Sequence record: DRR723986_7184
Reading direction: 5' to 3' (one strand)
DNA length: 32,020 bases
How positions within the stretch are numbered: position 1 is the stretch's first letter; every line of letters begins with the position of its first letter. The notes under the pieces are model-generated. The model was not told the DNA's origin and did no database searches. It saw only the letters and a program-made list of their open reading frames with translations. Below are positions 26,818-32,020 of the stretch, piece after piece. The translations under genes were made by a program, and so were the position numbers.

Positions 26818-27201
26818 TCAAACAAATGCATTTTTTATGTGGCGTATGGCCGGCACACCCGCCGAATAGTCAATAGCCACAACATCAAAACGGCAGAGCA
26901 TGTTATGCTGCTTGCGCGTATGCAGATAAAAGGATGCCAGCCTGCGCAGACGCCGCTGTTTGGCCGGCGTCACCCCTTCCTCCGGGGTTCCAAATGTCTT
27001 TGTACGCCGGCTCTTGACTTCCACAAACACAAGCACTTCCCCTTCACGCGCCACAATATCCAGCTCGCCCATGCGGCCGCAGTGTACATTCTGCTCAACA
27101 ACCCGCAGGCCGGACTTCTTCAAAAAATCGAGCGCCGCGCGCTCGGCCGCGCCGCCGCGGCTGCGATGACTTGCGCTTCGATTGCCATTCAATGGTGCCA
27201 T
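26818..27201 (-). CDS. yraN: YraN/UPF0102 family PD-(D/E)xK nuclease-like protein
   Basis: GELDIVARE...VFVEVKSR...PEEGVTPAKQRRL...CRFDVVAI. Confidence 0.9.
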   Translation of the reverse strand: MAPLNGNRSASHRSRGGAAERAALDFLKKSGLRVVEQNVHCGRMGELDIVAREGEVLVFVEVKSRRTKTFGTPEEGVTPAKQRRLRRLASFYLHTRKQHNMLCRFDVVAIDYSAGVPAIRHIKNAFV

Positions 27202-27373
27202 GCGGCGCTCCCTTCAACAGATTTGAGTGATTTTGACTGACGTCTTTAGCTCATACTGAAATCTAGGTCGGCAGCCGGCCGGATAACACGATAAAAGTGT
27301 ATACGCCGTATATAGCGCGTGGAACGGGAAGTAATTCCGGATAAGCGTCGATTCCGAGAGCCGAGGAAATGTT

Positions 27374-27976
27374 ATGATTGCGCACCTGCGCGGTAATTTG
27401 GCCGCCAAAACTTCAACTCATATTGTCGTCGATTGCGGTGGCGTTGGCTACTACGTACACGTTCCCGTTACCACATCTGAGATGCTGCCGGACGTGGGTG
27501 ATGACATGATGCTCCAGACGCACATGGTCGTGCGTGAAGGCGCGATGGACCTCTATGGTTTTTCGGACAACGCGCAGCGTGAGACCTTCCTGCTTCTGAC
27601 TTCAATCTCCGGAATTGGACCCAAAATTGCGCTCGGGCTGCTCTCCGCCGTGCAGCCACATGAGCTGCGCGATATGATTGCCGCGCAGGACAGCATGCGC
27701 CTGCGCAAACTACCGGGCGTTGGACCCAAAACCGCTGAGAGAATTGTTCTGGAGCTGCGCGACAAAATCGCGCGCATCGACGGGTTGGAAAACAAAGATG
27801 TCGGCAGCAGCGCCTCCTTCAGCGGCGCAGCCGATGAAGCTCTCGCCGCGCTGCTGGCTCTGGGTTACACCCGCTCCGTAGCCGAACGCGCCATCAAACG
27901 CGCGCAGGCCGACTCGGGCCACGAGGCCGGTGTTGAGGTTCTGGTGCGCAAAGCCCTGCGCCAGGTCACCAGCTAA
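27374..27976 (+). CDS. ruvA: Holliday junction branch migration protein RuvA
   Basis: MIAHLRG...GGVGY...LYGF...ISGIGPKIAL...LPGVGPKTAERIVLELRDK...ALLALGY. Confidence 0.97.
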   Translation: MIAHLRGNLAAKTSTHIVVDCGGVGYYVHVPVTTSEMLPDVGDDMMLQTHMVVREGAMDLYGFSDNAQRETFLLLTSISGIGPKIALGLLSAVQPHELRDMIAAQDSMRLRKLPGVGPKTAERIVLELRDKIARIDGLENKDVGSSASFSGAADEALAALLALGYTRSVAERAIKRAQADSGHEAGVEVLVRKALRQVTS

Positions 27977-28045
27977 AAAAGACGGCGACGGGCTGCGAAA
28001 CGCCACAATTTTTGGCTAAAAAACAAACTTCCAGGAGCCGGACTT

Positions 28046-28816
28046 ATGATGCTCATCATCCCTTCCATGGAGCTACTCGACGGTAAGTGCATCTATCGCA
28101 CCCACGGAGAACCCGGCACCGAAGAACTCTACCAGAGTTATGCCGATAAACCCGAACTACTCGGCGCCCTTTGGCGGCGCGAAAACGCACGCTGCCTGCA
28201 CGTGACCGACGCTGATGGTTATAATGGGCGCAATAACGACGCCAACCGCGCGGCGATTGAACGCCTCGTGGATGCCGTTGATATCCCGGTCACGCTGCTG
28301 AGCCGCTTTCGCGACGTAGCCACCTGCCGCAGCTGGCTCGACGCCGGCGTCTACCGCATCATCATCAACAAACTGGCGCGCAAAGACCCCGACGGTGTGC
28401 GTGCCCTGATTGACGAGTACACCGCCAGTCGCATCGTGTTTGGCATTCTGGCAAGCGACGGAACCGTCAGACACGGCGGCGAGCTCCCCGCTGAAGCCGA
28501 CACGGATTTTACACTGTTCGTTAAGTCACTCGGCGCCAGCCGCGTTTTTTATACTGACCGAACGCGCGAAGGCAGCCTGGCAGGCCCAAACATGCAAGCC
28601 CTGGAACGCATCGCACGCCAGAGTGGACTGCGCGTCACTGCTGCCGGCGGTGTGGCGGATGTACAGCAGTTATGGGCCCTGCAGGAACTGATTCCCGCCG
28701 GTGTTGACTCAGTGGTCGTGGGCCGCGCGCTCTACGAAAATCGCTTTGCCTGCCAGAAAATCTGGCGAATTGCAGAAGCTGCAACTGAGATGCCGCAGAA
28801 TCCCGCAAAATTGTAA
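28046..28816 (+). CDS. HisA/HisF-family TIM-barrel protein, divergent HisA homologue
   Basis: IIPSMELLDGKC, LHVTDADG, YTDRTREGSLAGPN, AAGGV and VVVGRALYE align with HisA, but several catalytic positions differ. Confidence 0.8.
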   Translation: MMLIIPSMELLDGKCIYRTHGEPGTEELYQSYADKPELLGALWRRENARCLHVTDADGYNGRNNDANRAAIERLVDAVDIPVTLLSRFRDVATCRSWLDAGVYRIIINKLARKDPDGVRALIDEYTASRIVFGILASDGTVRHGGELPAEADTDFTLFVKSLGASRVFYTDRTREGSLAGPNMQALERIARQSGLRVTAAGGVADVQQLWALQELIPAGVDSVVVGRALYENRFACQKIWRIAEAATEMPQNPAKL

Positions 28817-29022
28817 ATTGAAGGCCGGGCCTGAGTGCCGGACCAGCTAATAACAGACCGGAATGTGCCGCCCGGTCGTGTTTGTCACTTCGCGTTTTGT
28901 GCCTCACGGCTTTTTCGTATTATTCCATCTTCTACGAAGCAGCCCTGATCCGCTGAAACCCTGTTACTTCCCCTCATCCCGCCTGATTCAGTCGGAATTT
29001 GCCAGGAATTGAAACTACAAAC

Positions 29023-31416
29023 ATGACATCCGAAGAGCTTCGCATACTTCGTGAGTGCTGTTCCGACGAGGCGGCTTTTCAGCGTGCGCGTGTGGCACTG
29101 GAAGAATCGCAGACGCGGCAGAATGCCTATCAGGCGGCCTTTCAGGACAGCCGCGACGGGCTATGGGTTTTGAGTGCCAATCTGACATCCGAAATGCTCA
29201 ACAAGAGCATGCGTAAACTCCTGCAGCTGCCCGAAGATGCCGCCGGCCCCACAGCCCAGAATTGTTTTGATGCCGACACCCAACGCACTATGCGCCAGTT
29301 TGCCGGCGCGTCCCCTGGCCAGCCTCCGCTGCAGATCCAGACTGCTGTCATGACCGTCAACAGCACACACCTGGACTGCACACTAACACTTCAGAGACTG
29401 CAGACTTCCGACCACGAACTCCTGGGCGAACATTCGAATGCCGCCCTGCTTGTGACCGTGCGCCCCAATGGCGACGGAACACTGCTGGAAGCCCATCTGG
29501 ACAAATCACGGCGCGACTTTGAAACGATTTTCCACACCTCCGCACATGCCCTGATCCTGTTGAATCCGCTCAGCGAAGAGATTCTGGACATCAACAGCAA
29601 AGCCTGTGATCTGTTTGACATTCCACGCGATCGCCTCCTGGGCATTCCTCTGCTGCATATTGCTCCCGTTGCCGACGCCAATGCCGTCAGCCTGGAAGAC
29701 GTCGATGGCCGCTCCGGTGTCCGCTTCCGCACCGTGCAGTATGGTCGCGGTGGAAGCGAACTCTCGCTGGAAATTACAGCCTGCATCATAACGCACAACA
29801 GCAAACCAACCGTGCTCTGCTGTGTGTACGATCGCACTGCCGAGCTGGAACTGGTCAAGGCGCGCGGCAATTCAGTCTATTTCCGCTCCGTGTTCGATGC
29901 CGCCGGTATTGGCCTGCTGACCCTGGACCCACGCGGTACGATTACACAGGTCAACCGCGCCGCCGAATCGCTGCTGGGCTACGAAAAATCGCAGCTCACC
30001 GAGAAAGACCTCAGCTTCCTGCTGCATCCGGCCGACACATTGATCGACCAGGCTTTTATCCGCGAAATGGCCCTGGGCGAAAAACACATGATGCGCTTGC
30101 CGCGGCGCCTTAAAACCGCCGACGGAAGTTATCCATGGTTCAACTCCTCTCTCGCTATCGTCCGCTCCGACAGCGACTCGGGCAAGACCTTCCTCGTCCT
30201 CTCCTTTGAGGAAGTGCTCTCAAATCCGACCGAAAATGACGACATGCGCCGTTTGCTGGACACCGCGCGCCGCAGCGACATGCGTAAATCGCGCCTGCTT
30301 ACCGAGCTGAACCAGGCCGTACGTTCCCCCGTCAATGGCATCCTCGGTTTTGCTTCGTATCTGCAGAATTCGGATCTGGACGAGCAGGCAACGCGCGCCT
30401 TACGTGCCATTATGAGCAGTGCCGATTCTATCCTGGGCACCGTCAGCAACACGGCATTACTGGCTCAACTGGGCGAACTGGCGGCAGGCACGCAGATTTC
30501 AGCCGTGCGCATCGATTCGGAAATCAAGGACATCTGGCGCACGTACGAGCATCTTACACGTGGCAGCCAAACCAAAGTCATCCTCGATAATCGCGCCGGT
30601 TCAAGCCTGATCAATACCGACAGCCTGCTCTTTAACCGCATGCTCGCCAACATCGTCGCCAATGCCGTGCGATTTACCTCACGCGGCACAATTAAAATCG
30701 ACGTTCAAACCGAGAGTGTAGCCGGCAGTCCCATGCTTGTCATCACCGTCAGCGATAACGGAATGGGTTTTGCGCGCGAAACCGTTCGAACGATCCTGCA
30801 TGCCACTCCCCAGGCAATTCTCGAATCCGGTTTTGGCCACGCGGGTTACGACCCCACTTTCAGCCTGCGCATCTCACGTTACCTGGCCGAATTCATGAAC
30901 GGCAGTTTTGTGATGGAAAGCCTCGTGGGCAGCGGCACCACCGTCACACTACGCCTTCCGCTCTTACAGGAAAATCACGCTATCAGCCCGGCACAATTTA
31001 TCCCCCTGCCCGGCGACCTGCAGCGCCCACGCATCTTACTGGTTGAAGACGACCGCCTGGGCCGCGAACTCATCTCCTACTTCGTCAAGGATCGCTATTC
31101 CGCAGACGTAGTTTCCAACGGCGCCAAAGCCATCGGTCTCTGCCGCCGGCACTCATACGACGCATTGGTACTGGACATCCGCCTGGGCAACACATCACTG
31201 GACGGTATCGACACGCTCCATCGCCTTCGCGAAATCGACGGTTACGCCAAAACTCCGGCAATTGCTGTTTCCGCCATGGCCGACCAGGGAGCCCGCGAGC
31301 GCTTTTTACGCGAGGGCTTCGCCGATTACATACCCAAACCATTTAATCGCGAACGCCTCCTGACAACTCTCTCAACGCTACTTTCACGCCGCGCTCAGGG
31401 CCGCGACACCTACTGA
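29023..31416 (+). CDS. Cytoplasmic hybrid PAS/HisKA-like/HATPase/receiver protein lacking the H-box His
   Basis: Three PAS-like segments; ELNQAVRSPVNGILGF; ANIVANAVRFT; DNGMG; receiver LLVEDD...LDIRL...VSA...PKP. Confidence 0.85.
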   Translation: MTSEELRILRECCSDEAAFQRARVALEESQTRQNAYQAAFQDSRDGLWVLSANLTSEMLNKSMRKLLQLPEDAAGPTAQNCFDADTQRTMRQFAGASPGQPPLQIQTAVMTVNSTHLDCTLTLQRLQTSDHELLGEHSNAALLVTVRPNGDGTLLEAHLDKSRRDFETIFHTSAHALILLNPLSEEILDINSKACDLFDIPRDRLLGIPLLHIAPVADANAVSLEDVDGRSGVRFRTVQYGRGGSELSLEITACIITHNSKPTVLCCVYDRTAELELVKARGNSVYFRSVFDAAGIGLLTLDPRGTITQVNRAAESLLGYEKSQLTEKDLSFLLHPADTLIDQAFIREMALGEKHMMRLPRRLKTADGSYPWFNSSLAIVRSDSDSGKTFLVLSFEEVLSNPTENDDMRRLLDTARRSDMRKSRLLTELNQAVRSPVNGILGFASYLQNSDLDEQATRALRAIMSSADSILGTVSNTALLAQLGELAAGTQISAVRIDSEIKDIWRTYEHLTRGSQTKVILDNRAGSSLINTDSLLFNRMLANIVANAVRFTSRGTIKIDVQTESVAGSPMLVITVSDNGMGFARETVRTILHATPQAILESGFGHAGYDPTFSLRISRYLAEFMNGSFVMESLVGSGTTVTLRLPLLQENHAISPAQFIPLPGDLQRPRILLVEDDRLGRELISYFVKDRYSADVVSNGAKAIGLCRRHSYDALVLDIRLGNTSLDGIDTLHRLREIDGYAKTPAIAVSAMADQGARERFLREGFADYIPKPFNRERLLTTLSTLLSRRAQGRDTY

Positions 31417-32020
31417 TTTCTCTGTGGTTTTACGCGTGTTTTTTGGTTTGTTTTTGGACTCTCGGGTTACGGATTCGGGCGCTGCGCCTGCATCAGTTGG
31501 CACTTCGCCGGCTGGCTTTTTTGAGCGCTTCGCCGCGAAACCCCGGCTTGCTGTTTGCTTTGTTAGTTCATGGTTCACAAGCCGCGCGCTGCGGCGTCCA
31601 CTCCAATTCTACACACCTGCAGTGTTTGCGGCCGGCTCAGGAATTAGCGGTTTAGGGGCTGGTGTTTCAGAGTCTGGCGACTTCCAGTTTACAGATTCAG
31701 CACAAGGGGGCTCACGCGCACTATTTTCTGGCTTGTGGCAGCGCGCCTGGCGCCTCACATTCCGCGGCCTGTTTTGGAAGATTTTCACGTTTTACGGTGC
31801 GTTTACCGGCGATTACTGCCCGTTCAGCAATTCAGATTTGCGTAGACATTGGCCTTGCTGCATTTTACATAAAAGCAGGCCGTGGAAGCGCTTCCACACT
31901 AGGTTTCTCGTAAAATTCCAGGCTCGTGTTTGCCGCAGCAAACACGAGGCTATGACTGTGGGATCAAACAAATTTGGCTGGTTGGTTGGAGGGGGTGGGG
32001 GACCCGGTTTCGGGTCCAAA

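Noticed and set aside
25650-27976. gmd without adjacent fcl, and ruvA without ruvB
   Set aside because: Dispersed housekeeping genes are common in FCB genomes; not informative.
32001-32015. Minus-strand GACCCGAAACCGGGT resembling a 23S rRNA segment
   Set aside because: The match is only about 15 nt and the flanks do not resemble rRNA or a tmRNA end.
1-32020. CRISPR arrays, IS elements, prophage genes
   Set aside because: No regularly spaced direct repeats, transposase or phage-like ORFs were seen.

Overview
A bacterial chromosomal segment, most likely from an FCB-group lineage such as Ca. Kapabacteria or Ignavibacteria (inferred from type IX secretion C-terminal domains plus clear GGAG ribosome-binding sites). 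Its core is a ~14 kb minus-strand array (20391->6198) of five signal-peptide proteins that all end in a T9SS/Por-type sorting domain. They are (i) a 2248-aa beta-helix (GGA[ILVM]/FxxN) plus cadherin/Ig-like adhesin, (ii) a NIDO-like + dockerin + cohesin-like protein, (iii) a tandem cohesin-like protein, (iv) a cohesin + BACON-like multidomain protein and (v) a small protein made of a module shared with (i) and (iv). No catalytic domain is recognisable, so this looks like a non-cellulosomal, T9SS-exported cohesin-dockerin surface complex. Upstream lie a YfgM-like TPR gene, tRNA-Arg(CCG) and an ~850 bp intergenic region with a sigma54-like promoter and nested inverted repeats. The flanks hold mostly housekeeping genes (3'-5' exonuclease, uppP, cyclophilin, DUF3108, GT4, dut, gmd, YraN, ruvA), an orphan histidine kinase, a HisA homologue with substituted catalytic residues, and a hybrid PAS kinase lacking its phospho-acceptor His. 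All domain calls come from reading motifs by eye; no database searches were run.
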